Below, one piece after another: positions 36,801 through 51,400 of a stretch of 64,000 bases of DNA. The position numbers and the translations under genes are program-made. The notes beneath the pieces are model-generated. The model did not search any database, was not told the origin of the DNA, and worked only from the letters and a program-made list of their open reading frames with translations. Position 1 is the first letter of the stretch. Every line of letters begins with the position of its first letter. The stretch is from Mayamaea pseudoterrestris (Eukaryota), in assembly GCA_027923505.1 (NCBI GenBank), contig BROI01000030.1, forward strand, positions 186,001 through 250,000, written 5' to 3'.

Positions 36801-39800
36801 CCAGGGCATGGGGCGTTTGACGGGGAAGAATCTGCAACTTGTGGTGTTGGCCATACCCACAGTGGAATTGCCCTACGCCTGTTGTCAGCCTCAGGCAGTC
36901 CTTTTGCACCATTTGAGACTATGCACCTGTCAATGGCATACCCTGGACATGTTTTTGCCTGACTCATTGGGTATTTAGGGTGTGCCAGGACATGGGGCGT
37001 TTGACAGGGGAAGAATCTGCAACTTGTGGTGTTGGCATACCCACAGTGGAGGCCGGTACCCCATTTTTTCCAGGCCTCCAGGCAGTCCTTTTTGCAGCAC
37101 CATTTGAGACTATGCACCTGTCAATGGCATACCCTGGACATGTTTTGCCTGACTCATTGGGTATTTGGGTGGCCAGGGCATGGGGCGTTTGACAGGGAAG
37201 AATCTGCAACTTGTGGTGTTGGCCATACCCACAGTGGAGGACGTACCCATGTTGTCAGCCTCCAGGCAGGACTTTTTTGCACCATTTGAGACTCTGCACC
37301 TGTCAATGGCATCCCCTGGACATGTTTTGCCTGACTCATTGGGTATTTGGGTGGCCAGGGCATGGGGACGTTTGACAGGATGAATCTGCAACTTGTGGTG
37401 TTGGCCATACCCCACAGTGGAGGCCGTACCCATGTTGTCAGCCTCCAGGCAGTCCTTTTTTTGCACCATTTGAGGCTATGACCGTGTCATTGGCATACCC
37501 TGGACATGTTTTGCCTGACTCATTGGGTATTTGGGTGGCCAGGGCATGGGGCGTTTGATAGGGAAGAATCTGCAACTTGTGGTGTTGGCCATACCCACAG
37601 TGGAGTACCCATGGTGTCAGCCTCCAGGCAGTCCTTTTTGCACCATTTGAGACTATGCACCTGTCAATGGCATACCCTGGACATGTTTTGCCTGACTCAT
37701 TGGGTATTTGGGTGGCCAGGGCATGGGGCATTTGACAGGGAAGAATCTGCAACTTGTGGTGTTGGCCATACCCACAGTGGAGGCCGTACCCATGTTGTCA
37801 GCCTCCAGGCAGTCCTTTTTGCACCATTTGAGACTATGCACCTGTCAATGGCATCCCCTGGACATGTTTTGCCTGACTCATTGGGTATTTGGGTGGCCAG
37901 GGCATGCTAGGGCATGGGGCGTTTGACAGGGAAGAATCTGCAACTTGTGGTGTTGGCCATACCCACAGTGGAGGCCGTACCCATGGTGTCAGCCTCCAGG
38001 CAGTCCTTTTTGCACCATTTGAGACTCTGCACCTGTCAGTGGCATACCCTGGACATGTTTTGCCTGACTCATTGGGTATTTGGGTGGCCAGGGCATGGGT
38101 CGGTTTGGCAGGAGAATCTACAACTTGTGGTGTTGGCCATACCCACAGTGGAGGCCGTACCCACGTTTTCAGCCTCCAGGCAGTCCTTTTGCACCATTTG
38201 ATACTATGCACCTGTCAATGCCACACCCTGGACATGTTTTGCCTGACTCTTTGGCGGTATTTGTAGGGCATGGGGCGTTTGACAGGAAAGAATCTACAAC
38301 TTGTGGTGTTGTACCCCACCGTGGAGGCCGTACCCATGTTGTGTCAGCCTCAGGCAGTCCTTTTTGCACCATTTGAGACTCTGCACCTGTCAATGGCATA
38401 CCCTGGACATGTTTTGCCTGACTCATTGGGTATTTGGGTGGCCAGGGCATGGGGCGTTTGACAGGGAAGAATCTGCAACTTGTGGTGTTAGCCATACCCA
38501 CAGTGGAGGCCGTACCCATGGTGTCAGCCTCCAGGCAGGCCTTTTTTGCACCATTTGAGACTCTGCACCTGTCAATGGCATACCCTGGACATGTTTTGCC
38601 TGACTCATTGGGTATTTGGTGGCCAGGGCATGGGGCGTTTGACAGGAGAATCTGCAACTTGTGGTGTTGGCCATACCCACAGTGGAGCCGTACCATAGTT
38701 GTCAGCCTCAGGCAGTCCTTTTGCACCATTTGAGACTCTGCACCTGTCAATGGCAAACCAGAGGCAATGACAGTAGGCCGCACCCATTTGTCAGCCTCCA
38801 GGCAGTCCTCTTATACCCTGGACATTTTTGCCTGACTCATTGGGTTTTGGGTGTGGGCATGGGGCGTTTGACGAGGGAAGAATCGCAACTGGGGGCCTTC
38901 CAGTGGAGCCGTACCCATGTTGTCAGCCTCCAGGCAGTCTTTTTGCACCATTTGGACTCTCACCTGTCAATGGCCTCCCTGGACATGTTTTGCCTACATT
39001 TCATTGAATTGTTGGTGGCTTGGGGCATGCTTGAGCAGGGAAGATCTGTTGTGGTGTTGTCCCACAGTGGAGCCGTACCCATAGTGTCAGCCTCAAACAG
39101 TCCTTTTCCATTGGGACTATGCACCTGTCAATGGCCTACCCTGGACATGTTTTACTTTCTGCTTTTACCACCTTACCTGCACCTGTCATAGGTGTTGGGC
39201 AGCCAGGGCATGGGGCGTCACAGCAAGGAAGAATCTGCAACTTGTGGTGTTAGCCATACCCACAGTGGAGGCAGGGCATGGGGCGTTGAAGGTCAAAATT
39301 GACAATGTGGTGTTGGACCATACCCACCCTCGGAGGCGATCCATGGTGTCACCTCCAGGCAGTCCTTTTGCACCATTTGAGACTCTGCACCTGTCAATGG
39401 CATACCCTTGACATGTTTGGCCTGACTCATTGGGTATTTGGGTGGCCAGGGCATGGGGCGTTTAACAGGGAAGAATCTGCAACTTGTGGTGTTGGCCATA
39501 CCCACCGTGGAGGCCGTACCCATGGTGTCAGCCTCCAGGCAGTCCTTTTTGCACCGACTGTCAATGGCATACCCTGGACATGTTTGGCCTGACTCATTGG
39601 GTATTTGGATGGCCAGGGCATGGGGCGTTTGACAGGTCAGAATCTGCAACTTGTGTTGGCCATACCCACCTGGACGCTCCTGCACTCCATGGTGTCGCCT
39701 CCAGGCAGTCATTTTGCACCATTTGGAGTATTCTACACCTGTCAATGGCATACCCTGGACATGTTTGGCCTGACTCATCGGGTATTTGTGGCCAGGGCAT

Positions 39801-42478
39801 GGGGCGTTTGACAGGTCAGAATCGAAAACTTGTGGTGTTGGCCATACCCACCTCGTGGAAGCGTACTCCATGTGTCAGCTCCAGGCTGTCCTTTTTGCAC
39901 CATTTGAGACTATGCACCTGTCAATGGCATACCCTGGACATGTTTGGCCTGGACTCATTGGGTATTTGGGGTGGCCAGGGCATGGGGCGTTTGGACAGGT
40001 CAGAATCGACAACTTGTGGTGTTGGCCATATCCACCGTGGAGGCCGTACCCATGGTGTCAGCCTCCAGGCAGTCATTTTTGCACCATTTGAGACTCTGCA
40101 CCTGTCAATGGCATACCCTGGACATGTTTTGCCTGACTCATTGGGTATATGGGTGGCCAGGGCATGGGGCGTTTGACAGGTCAGAATCGATAACTTGTGG
40201 TGTTGGCCATACCCACCGTGGAGGCCATACCCACCGTGGAGGCCATACCCATGTTGGCCATACCCACCGGGAGGCCAAACACTCCATGGTGCTCCCAGGC
40301 AGTCCTTGACTCTGCACCTGTCAATGGCATAGACATGTTTGGCCTGGGACTCATTGGGTATTTGGATGGCCAGGGCATGGGCGCTTGACAGTCAGAATCG
40401 ACAACTTGTGGTGTTGGCTCATACCCACCGTGGAGGCCGCACTGGTGTCAGCCTCCAGGCAGTCCTTTGCACCAATTGGAGACTCTGCACCTGTCAATGC
40501 CATACCCTTGACATGTTTGGCCTGATTGGGTATTTGGTGGCCAGGGTTGGGGGCGTTTGACAGGTCAGAATCAACACCCCAGGTGTTGGCCATACTTCCA
40601 CCGTGGAGGCTGTACAGTGGTGTCAGCCTAGGCAGTCCTGACCATTTGAGACTGCACTGTCAATGGCATACCTTGGACATGTTTGGCCTGGACTTTGGGT
40701 ATTTGGGTGGCCAGGTCATGGGGCGTTTGACAGGTCAGAATTGACAACTTGTGGTGTTGGCTATACCTATCGTGGAGGAACATGGTGTCAGCTCCAGGCA
40801 GTCCTTTTGCACCATTTGAGACTCTGCACCTGTCAATGGCATACCCTGGACATGTTTGGCCTGCCTCATAGGGTATTTGGGTGGCCAGGCATGGGCTTGA
40901 CAGGTCAGTAGAATGACAACTTCTGGTATACCACGTGGAGGCCATACCCATGTGTCAGCCTCCAGGCAGTCCTTTTGCACCATTTGAGACTCTGCACCTG
41001 TCAATGGCAAATTCTGGACATGTTTTTCCTGGGATTTATCGGGTATTTGGGTGGCCAGGGTATGGGGCGTTGACAGGTCAGAATGAAATGTGTTGGGCTA
41101 TACCCACCAGGAGGCCGTACCTATGGAGTCAGCAGGCAGTCCTTTTTGCACCATTTGAGACTCTGCACCTGTCAATGGCATACCCTGGACATGTTTTGCC
41201 TCACACATTGGATATTTGGCTGGCCAGGGCATGGGGCATTTGACAGGTCAGAATTGACAACTTGTGGTGTTGGCCATACCCACTGTGGAGGCCGTACCCA
41301 TGGTGTCAGCCTCCAGGCAGTCCTTTTTGCACCATTTGAGACACTGCACCTGTCAATGGCAAACCCTGTACATGTTTAGCCTGACTCATTGGGTATATGG
41401 GTGGCCAGGGCATGGGGCGTTTGACAGGGAAGAATCTGCAACTTGTGGTGTTGGCCATACCCACCGTGGAGGCCGTAAGCTCCAGGCAGTCCTTGCACCA
41501 TTTGAGATTCTGCACCTGTCACGGAATATCCTGACATGCCATTGACATTGGGTATTTGGGTGGCGAGGGCATGTATGCGGTCAGAATCGACAATTGTGGT
41601 GTTGGCCAGATCCACCGCGGAGGCCGCACTCCTGGTGTCAGCCTCCAGGCAGTCCTTGATTACTGCACTGTCAATCGAATTTTGGCCTGACTCATTGGGT
41701 ATTTGGGTGGCCAGGGCATGGGGCGTTTGACATGTCAGAATCGACAACTTGTGGTGTTGGCTATACCCACCGTGGAGGTGTCAGCTCCAGGCAGTCCTTT
41801 TGCACCATTTGAGACTCTGCACCTGTCAATGGCATACTCTGGACATGTTTGGCCTGACTCATTGGGTATTTTTGTGGCCAGGGCATGGGGCGTTTGACAA
41901 GAATCGACAATGTGGTGTTGGCCATATTTCAATCGTGGAGGCTGTACACGGTGTCAGCTCCCAGGCAGTCCTTGCACCATTTGGAGACTATGCAGTCCAT
42001 GTTTGGCCTGACTGGGTGTTTGGGCCAGGCATGGGGCGTTTGACAGGGAAGACCTGCAACTTGTGGTGTTGATACCCACGGGAGGTGTCGTACTCCATGG
42101 TGTCAGCCTCCAGGCAGTCCTTCGTCAATGCTCTGGACATGTTTGGCCTGGACTCATTGGGTATTTTGGCCAGGGCATGGGGCGCAAGGTCAGAATCGAC
42201 AACTTGTGGTGTTGGCCATAACACCGTGGAGGCCGTACTCCATGGTGTCAGCTTCCAGGCAGTCCTTTTTGCACCAGTTGAGACTCTGCACACCTGTCAA
42301 TGGCATACTCCTGACATGTTTTGGCCTGACTCATAATATTTGGCTGGCCAGGGCATGGTGCGTTTGAGAGGTCAGAATCGACAACCTGTGGTGTTGGCCA
42401 TACCCACCGTGGAGGGTCCTGGTGTCAGCTCCCAGGCAGTCCTTTTTGTACCATTTGAGACTCTGCACCTGTCAATGA
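33833..42478 (-). repeat. Satellite C (181 bp), a diverged relative of SatB in inverted orientation
   Basis: Equivalent ORF starts at 36250, 36431 and 36612 (181 bp). The reverse complement shares gccccatgccctggccacccaa.acccaatgagtcaggcaaaacatgtccagggt.tgccattgaca and ggactgcctggaggc with SatB. Confidence 0.95.
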
Positions 42479-42489
42479 GGGGCTTGTTT

Positions 42490-45400
42490 TGTTGGTCAGC
42501 AGCTCCAGTTAGCAGGCATTATGTGACTGCCTACAGCAGGTGACAAACATCAGATCCCCACAATCTCTTTGTAAACTGCTTGGGGATGATCCAAGGTCAC
42601 AATGGATATTGTATAGTGCATTCACTTGTTTGCTCCTGCATGTTGCTGCTTCCAGATCCGCAGAAGTTGCTGGTTACTTCACCAACTGTGAACACCAACC
42701 TAGCAGTGGCAAGAAAGTGCCCACACACACTCTATGCGCATAGCCACTGTGCATGATCCTCGAGGCACAAGACATATTGGTGATTGTTTTTTATGTTTGC
42801 GAGTCATGGTGACCACGTGGCGCGAACAGAGTCCCTGAGGTGCAAATAGTGTGAACAGGGCTGCCGCAGCCTGTCAATGGTACACCCAGTAAAGAATGGT
42901 ACAGATGTGCATGATCCGAGGGCACAAGACATACCCCTTGGTGAATTTGTTTTGCTGCATCAGCCTCCTGCTTGCCTTTGCCTTCAGGTCAGCAGCTTCA
43001 GTTAGCAGGTACTATGTGACTGCCTACCCTAGCAGTGGCAAACATCAGATCCCCACAACTTTGTAAAGGTGGGATGATCCAAGGTCACATGGATATTGTA
43101 TGTGCATTCACTTTGTGCATTTGCCTCCTGCATGTTGCCTGCTTCCAGATCCGCAGAAGTTGCTGGTTTACTACCAATGCAACAAACAGGTGGCAAACAT
43201 GAAGTGCCCAAAATGAAGATGTGATATCAGGGCACAAGACATACCTTGTGAATTTTTTGCGCATCAGTCCTGCTTGCTTTTGCCTTCAGGTCAGCAGCTT
43301 CAGTTAGCAGGTACTATGTGACTGCCTACCCTAGCAGTGGCAAACATCAGATCCCCACAATCTCTTTGTATACTGGCTTGGGACATGATCCAAGGTCACA
43401 AATGGATATTGCATTCACTTTGTGCATTTGCCTCCTGCATGTTGCTGCTTCCAGATCCCAGAAGTTGCTGGTAGTACTACCAACTGCCGAACACCAACTA
43501 GCAGTGGCAAAAAGTGCCCACACACTCTATGCTACAGCACGTGATGATCCGAGGGCACACATACCCTTGGTGAATTTGTTTTTGCGCATCAGCTCCTGCT
43601 TGTTTTGCCCAGGTCAGCAGCTTCAGTTAGCAGGTACTATGTGACTGCCCACCTAGCAGTGGCAAACATCAGATCCCCACAATCTCTTTGTAAACTGGCT
43701 TGGGGCGATCCAAGGTCACAAAGATATTTAGTGCAATCATTTGTGCATTTGCCTCCTGTATGCCGCTTCCAGATCCAGAAGTTGTGGTGTACACCCAACC
43801 GCCGAACACCAACCTACAGTGGCAAACATGACACAGTGCCCACACCTATGCGTACAGCCACTTGCATGATCCGAGGGCACAAGACATACCTCCTTGGTGA
43901 ATTTGTTTTGCGCATCAGCCCCTGCTTGCCTTTTGCCTTCAGGTCAGCAGTTCAGTTAGCAGGTACTATGTGACTGCCACAGAGTGGCAAACATCAGATC
44001 CCCAACAATCTCTTTGTAAACTGGCTTGGGCATGATCCAAGGTCACAAATGGATATTGTATAGTGCATTCACTTAGGCGCATTTCCTCCTGATGTTGCCT
44101 GTCTTCCAGACGCAGAAGTTGCTGGTATGTACTACCCAACTGCCGAAACCAACTAGGCAAATAAGTGCCCACACACTCTGTGTACACCAGTGCATGATCC
44201 GAGGGCACAAGAAACCCTTGGTGAATTTGTTTCGGCCTTTTGCCTTCAGGTCAGCAGCTTCAGTTAGCAGGTACTATGTGACTGCCTACCGTAGCAGTGG
44301 CAAACATCAGATCCCCACAATCTCTTTGTAAACTGGCTTGGTGCATGATCCAAGTTCACAAATGGATATTGTATAGTGCATCATTGTGCATTTGCCTCCT
44401 GCATGTTGCCTGCTTCCAGATCCGCAGAAGTTGGGTTACACCCAACTGCGAAACCAACAGAGTGGCAAACATGAAGTGCCCACACACTCTTGCGTACAGC
44501 CACTGTGCATGATCCGAGGGCACAAGACATACCTCCTTGGTGATTGTTTTGTGCATCAGCCCCTGCTTGCCTTTTGCCTTCAGGTCAGCAGCTTCAGTTA
44601 GCAGGTATGACTGCCTACCCTAGCAGTGGCAAACATCAGATCCCCACCTTTGTAAACTGGCTTGGGGCATGATCCAAGGTCACAAATGGATATTGTATAG
44701 TGCATTCATTTGTGCATTTGCCTCCTGCATGTTGCCTGCTTCCAGATCCGCAGAAGTTGTGGTATGTACTACCCAACTGCCAACACCAACCTAGAGTGGC
44801 AAACATGAAGTGCCCACACACTATGCGTACAGCCATGTGCATGATCCGAGGGCACAAGACATACCTCCTTGGTGAATTTGTTTTTCATCAGCTCCTGCTT
44901 GCCTTTTGCTTCAGGTCAGCAGCTTCAGTTAGCAGGTACATGTGACTGTACCCAGAGTGGCAAACATCAGATCCCCACAATCTCTTTGTAAACTGGCTTG
45001 GGGCATGATCCAAGGTCACAAATGGATATTGGATAGTGCATTCACTTTGTGCATTTGCCTCCTGCATGTTGCCTGCTTCCAGATCCGCAGAAGTTGTGGT
45101 ATGTACTACCCAACCGCCGAACACCAACCTAGCATGGAAAAGAAGGGCCCACACATCATGCGACAGCACTGTGCATGATCCGAGGGCACACGACATACTT
45201 GGTGAATTTGTTTTGCGCATCAGTCCTGTTTGCCTTTTGCCTCAGGTCAGCAGCTTCAGTTAGCAGGTACTATGTGACTGCCTAGATCCCCACAATCTCT
45301 TTGTAAACTGGCTTGGGGCATGATCCAAGGTCACAAATGGATATTGTTAGTGCATTCAGTTGTGATTTGCCTCCTGCATGTTGCTGCTTCCAGATCCGCA

Positions 45401-48400
45401 TTGCTGGTATGTACCCAACTGTAACACCAACAGCAGTGGCAAACATGAAGTGCCCACACATCTATGCGTAACCACGTGCATGATCCAGGGCACAAGACAT
45501 ACCCTTGGTGAATTTGTTTTGCGCATCAGCCTCCTGTTTGCCTTTGCCTTCAGGTCAGCAGGGTTTCAGTTGCAGGTTGTGAGCCTACCCAGCAGTGGCA
45601 AACATCAGATCCCCACAATCTCTTTGTAAACTGGCTTGGGGACAGACCAAGTCACAAGTCAGCAGCTTCAGTTAGCAGGTACTATGTGACTGCCTAGATC
45701 CCCACAATCTCTTTGTAAACTGGCTTGGGGCATGATCCAAGGTCACAAATGGATATTGTTAGTGCATTCAGTTGTGATTTGCCTCCTGCATGTTGCTGCT
45801 TCCAGATCCGCATTGCTGGTATGTACCCAACTGTAACACCAACAGCAGTGGCAAACATGAAGTGCCCACACATCTATGCGTAACCACGTGCATGATCCAG
45901 GGCACAAGACATACCCTTGGTGAATTTGTTTTGCGCATCAGCCTCCTGTTTGCCTTTGCCTTCAGGTCAGCAGGGTTTCAGTTGCAGGTTGTGAGCCTAC
46001 CCAGCAGTGGCAAACATCAGATCCCCACAATCTCTTTGTAAACTGGCTTGGGGACAGACCAAGTCACAAATGAAATTGTATAGTGCATTCATTTGTGCAT
46101 TTTCCTCCTGCATGTTGCTGCTTCCAGATCCGCAAAAGTTGCTGGGATGTACTCCAATGCCGAACACCAACCTAGAGTGGCAAACAGAAGTGCCCACACA
46201 CTCTCGACAGCATCAGATCCGAGGGCACAAACAACTCTTTTTCATCAGCTCCTGTTTGCCTTTTGCTCGCAGAGTTCAGTTAGCAGGTACTATGTGACTG
46301 CCTACCCTAGCAGCGGCAAACATCAGATCCCCACAATCTGTAAACTGGCTTGGGGCATGATCCAAGGTCACAAATGGATATTGTATTATTTTGCATTTGT
46401 CTCCTGCATGTTGCTGCTTCCAGATCCGCAGAAGTTGCTGGTATGTACTACCCAAGCGAAAAACAGAGGCACGAAGTGCCCACAATATGGCGCACAGCAT
46501 GCATGATCCCAGGAGACAATGTTTCATGTGCTTTTTGTTTTCAGCATCGTTGCAGGAAAGTGATGTTGCCCCAGCAGTGGCAAAACATCAGATCCCCACA
46601 ATTTTGTACAGGTTGGGGCATGATCCAAGGTCACAAATGGATATTGTTGCATTCACTTTGCATTTGCCTCCTGCATGTTGCCTGCTTCGCTACCAACCAG
46701 TCGAACATCAACCTAGCAGTGGCACAATTACAGACGTGCATGATCCGACACGACATACTTGTGAATTTGTTTTTGTGCGCATCAGCTCCCTGCTTGCCTT
46801 TTTGCCTTCATGTCAGCAGCTTCCAGTAAGGGCAGTACTATGTGATCAGCCTACCCTAACAGTGGCAAACATCAGATCCCCACAATCTCTTTGTAAACTG
46901 GCTTGGGGCATGATCCAAGGTCACAAATGGATATTGTATAGTGCATTCAATAAGTAGCATTTGCCTCCTGCATGTTGCCTGCTTCCAGATCCGCAGAAGT
47001 TGCTGGTATGTACCTACCCAACCGCCGAACACCAACCTAGCAGTGGCAAAACATGAAGTGCCACATACAGCAGTGATGATCCGGGAGGGCACAAGACATA
47101 CCTCCTTGGTGAATTTGTTTCGGCATCAGCTCCTGCTTGCCTTTTGCCTTCAGGTCAGCAGAAGCAGCTAGCAGGTACTGTGTGACTGCTCTACTCCTAG
47201 CAGTGGCAAACATCAGATCCCCCACATCGGTAAACTGGCTTGGGGCATGAGCAAGTGGATATTGTATTGTGGCATTCACTTTGTGCATTTGCTCCTGCAT
47301 GTTGCTGCTTCCAGATCCGTTATAGTTGCTGGTATGTACTACCCAACTGCCGAACACCAACCTAGCAGTGCAAACATGAAGTGCCCACACATCTCTATGC
47401 GCACCGGACTGTGCATGATCCGAGGGCACAAGACATACCTCCTTGGTGAATTTGTTTTTGTGCATCGCCTCCTGCTTGCTTTTTGCCTTCAGGTCAGCAG
47501 CTTCAGTTAGCAGGTACTAGTGTGACTCGCCTACCCTAGCAGTGGCAAACATCAGATCCCCACAACTCTTTGTAAACTGGCTTGGGGCATGATCCAAGGT
47601 CACAAATGGATATTGTATAGTGCATTCACTTTGTGCATTTGCCTCCTGCATGTTGCCTGCTTCCAGATCCGCAGAAATTGTTGGTATGTACTACCCAACT
47701 GCCGAACACCAACCCAGCAGTGGTGAAACATGAAGTGCCCACACACTCTATGCGCACCCACTGTGCATGATCCGAGGGGCACACGACATACCTCCTTGGT
47801 GAATTGTTTTGTTGCATCAGCTCCTGCTTGCCTTTTGCCTTCAGGTCAGCAGTTTAGCAGGTCCTTATGCCTACCCTAGCAGTGGCAAAACATCAGATCC
47901 CCACAATTTGTAAATGGTTTGGCATGATCCAAGGTCACAAATGATATTGTATAGTGCATTCACTTTGTGCATTTGCCTCCTGCATGTTGCCTGCTTCCAG
48001 ATCTGCAGAAGTTGCTGGTATGTACTACCCAACTGCCGAACACCAACCTAGCAGGCAAAACATGAAGTGCCCACACACCCTATGCGTACAGCCACTGTGC
48101 ATGATCCGAGGGCACAAGACATGAAATTCTTGGTGAATTGTTTGCGCATCAGCCTCCTGTTTGCCTTTCAGGTCAGCAGCTTCAGTTAGCAGAGTATATG
48201 TGAGGCCTACCCTAGCGTGGCAAACATCAGATCCCCACAATTGTAAACTGGCTGTGGGCAAGATCCGACGGTAAAGATTGTAAGTGTATTCACTTTGTGC
48301 ATCTCTGATGTTGCCTGTTTCCAGATCCGCAAAGTTGTTGGTATGTACTACCCAATGCCGTAACACCAACCTAGCAGTGGCAAACAGAAGTCCAAACTAT

Positions 48401-51400
48401 CGCGAAGCAGTGTATATCCGAGGGCACAAGACATACTCCTGGTGAATTTTTGCGATCAGCTCTGTTTGCTTTTGCCTTCAGGTCAGCAGCTTCAGTTAGA
48501 GGAGGTACATTGACCTACCCAGCAGTGGCAAACATCAGATCCCCACAATTGTAAATGGCTTGGGATGATGAACAAATGGATATTGTAAAGTGCATTCACG
48601 TTGTGCATTTGCCTCCCGGATGTTGCCTGCTTCCAGATCCGCAGAGAAGTTGCTGGTATGTACTACCCAACCGCTGAACACCAACCTAGCAGTGGCAAAA
48701 CAGAAGTGCCCACACACTCTATGCGTACAGCCACCGTGCATGACGAGGGCACAAGACATACCTCCTGGTGAATTTGTTTTCGATCAGCCTCCTGTTCAGG
48801 TCAGCAGCGAACGTAGCAGGTACTATTGACTGACTAGCAGTGGCAAACATCAGATCCCCACAATCTCTTTGTAAACTGGCTTAAGGCATGATCCAAGGTC
48901 ACAAATGGATATTGTATAGTGCATTCACTTTGTGCATTTGCCTCCTGCATGTTGCCTGCTTCCAGATCCGCAGAAGTTGCTGGTATGTACTACCCAATGC
49001 CCACACCAACCTAGAGTGGCAAACATGAAATGCCCACACACTCTATGCGCACAGCCACTGTGCATGATCCGAGGGCACAAGACATACCTCCTGGTGAATT
49101 TGTTTTCATCAGCCTCCTGCTTGCCTTTTGCCTTCAGGTCAGCAGCTTCCGTTAGCAGGTACTATGTGACTGCCTCCCTAGCAGTGGCAAACATCAGATC
49201 CCCACAATCTCTTTGTAAACGGTTGGGGATGATCCAAGGTCACAAATGGATATTGTATAGTGCATTCACTTTGTGCATTTGCCTCCTGCATGTTGCCTGC
49301 TTCCAGATCCGAGAAGTTGCTGGTATGTACTACCCAATGCCGAACACCAACCAGCAGTGGCAAACATGAAGTGCCCACACACTCTTGCGTACAGCCACTG
49401 TGCATGATCCGAGGGCACAAGACAACCTCCTGGTGAATTTGTTTTGCGCATCAGCCTCCTGCTTGCCTTTTGCCTTCAGGTCAGCAGCTTCATAGCAGCA
49501 CCAACCTAGCAGTGGCAAAACAGAAGTGCCCACACACTCTATGCGTACAGCCACCGTGCATGACGAGGGCACAAGACATACCTCCTGGTGAATTTGTTTT
49601 CGATCAGCCTCCTGTTCAGGTCAGCAGCGAACGTAGCAGGTACTATTGACTGACTAGCAGTGGCAAACATCAGATCCCCACAATCTCTTTTTAAACTGGC
49701 TTAAGGCATGATCCAAGGTCACAAATGGATATTGTATAGTGCATTCACTTTGTGCATTTGCCTCCTGCATGTTGCCTGCTTCCAGATCCGCAGAAGTTGC
49801 TGGTATGTACTACCCAATGCCCACACCAACCTAGAGTGGCAAACATGAAATGCCCACACACTCTATGCGCACAGCCACTGTGCATGATCCGAGGGCACAA
49901 GACATACCTCCTGGTGAATTTGTTTTCATCAGCCTCCTGCTTGCCTTTTGCCTTCAGGTCAGCAGCTTCCGTTAGCAGGTACTATGTGACTGCCTCCCTA
50001 GCAGTGGCAAACATCAGATCCCCACAATCTCTTTGTAAACGGTTGGGGATGATCCAAGGTCACAAATGGATATTGTATAGTGCATTCACTTTGTGCATTT
50101 GCCTCCTGCATGTTGCCTGCTTCCAGATCCGAGAAGTTGCTGGTATGTACTACCCAATGCCGAACACCAACCAGCAGTGGCAAACATGAAGTGCCCACAC
50201 ACTCTTGCGTACAGCCACTGTGCATGATCCGAGGGCACAAGACAACCTCCTGGTGAATTTGTTTTGCGCATCAGCCTCCTGCTTGCCTTTTGCCTTCAGG
50301 TCAGCAGCTTCATAGCAGTAAGCCAACCCAGCAGTGGCAAACATCAGATCCCCACATTTAAAGGGGGCTGATCCAGGTACAAATGGATATTGTTAGTGAT
50401 CATTTGTGCATTTGCCTCCTGCATGTTGCTGTGCCAGATCCGCAGGAGTTGCTGGTATGTACCACCCAACTGCTGAACACCAACCTAGCAGTGGCAAACA
50501 TGAAGTGCCCACACACTCTATGCGTACAGCCACTGTGTATGATCCGGGGGCACAAGACATACCTCCTTGGTAAATTTGTTTTGCGCATCAGCCTCCTGCT
50601 TGCCTTTTGCCTTCAGGTCAGCAGCTCAGTTAGCAGGTACTATGTGACTGCCTACCCTAGCAGTGGCAAAACATCAGATCCCCACAATCTCTTTGTAAAC
50701 TGGCTTGGGGCATGATCCAAGGTCACAAATGGATATTGTATAGTGCATTCACTTTGTGCATTTGCCTCCTGCATGTTGCCTGCTTCCAGATCCGCAGAAG
50801 TTGCTGGTATGTACTACCCAAGCCGAACACCAACAGAGTGGCAAAACAGAAGTGCCCACACACATGCGTACAGCCACTGTGCATGATCCGAGGGCACAAG
50901 AAACCTCCTGTAATTTGTTTTGCATCAGCCTGCTTGCCTTTGCCTTCAGGTCAGCAGTTCAGTTAGCAGGTCTATGTGACTGTCCACCCTAGCAGTGGCA
51001 AACATCAGATCCCCACAATCTCTTTGTAAACTGGCTTGGGGCATGATCCAAGGTCACAAATGGATATTGTATAGTGCATTCACTTTGTGCATTTGCCTCC
51101 TGCATGTTGCCTGCTTCCAGATCCGCAGAAGTTGCTGGTATGTACTACCCAACTGCTGAACACCAACTAGCAGTGGCAAACATGAAGTGCACCCTGCGAC
51201 AGCATGTGATCCGAGGGCACAAGACATACTTGGTGAATTTGTTTCTGCGCACAGTCTCCTGTTTGCCTTTTGCCTTCAGGTCAGCAGCTTCAGTTAGCAG
51301 GTACTATGTGACTGCCTACCTAGCAGTGGCAAACATCAGATCCCCACAATCTCTTGTAAACTGTGGGGCATGATCCAAGGTCACAAATGGATATTGTATA

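Noticed and set aside
42785..42905. ~120 bp of apparently unique sequence inside SatD (similar patches at ~16365-16475 and ~15615-15650)
   Set aside because: Contains scrambled satellite words and lies in error-rich zones; likely poor consensus rather than a captured insert.
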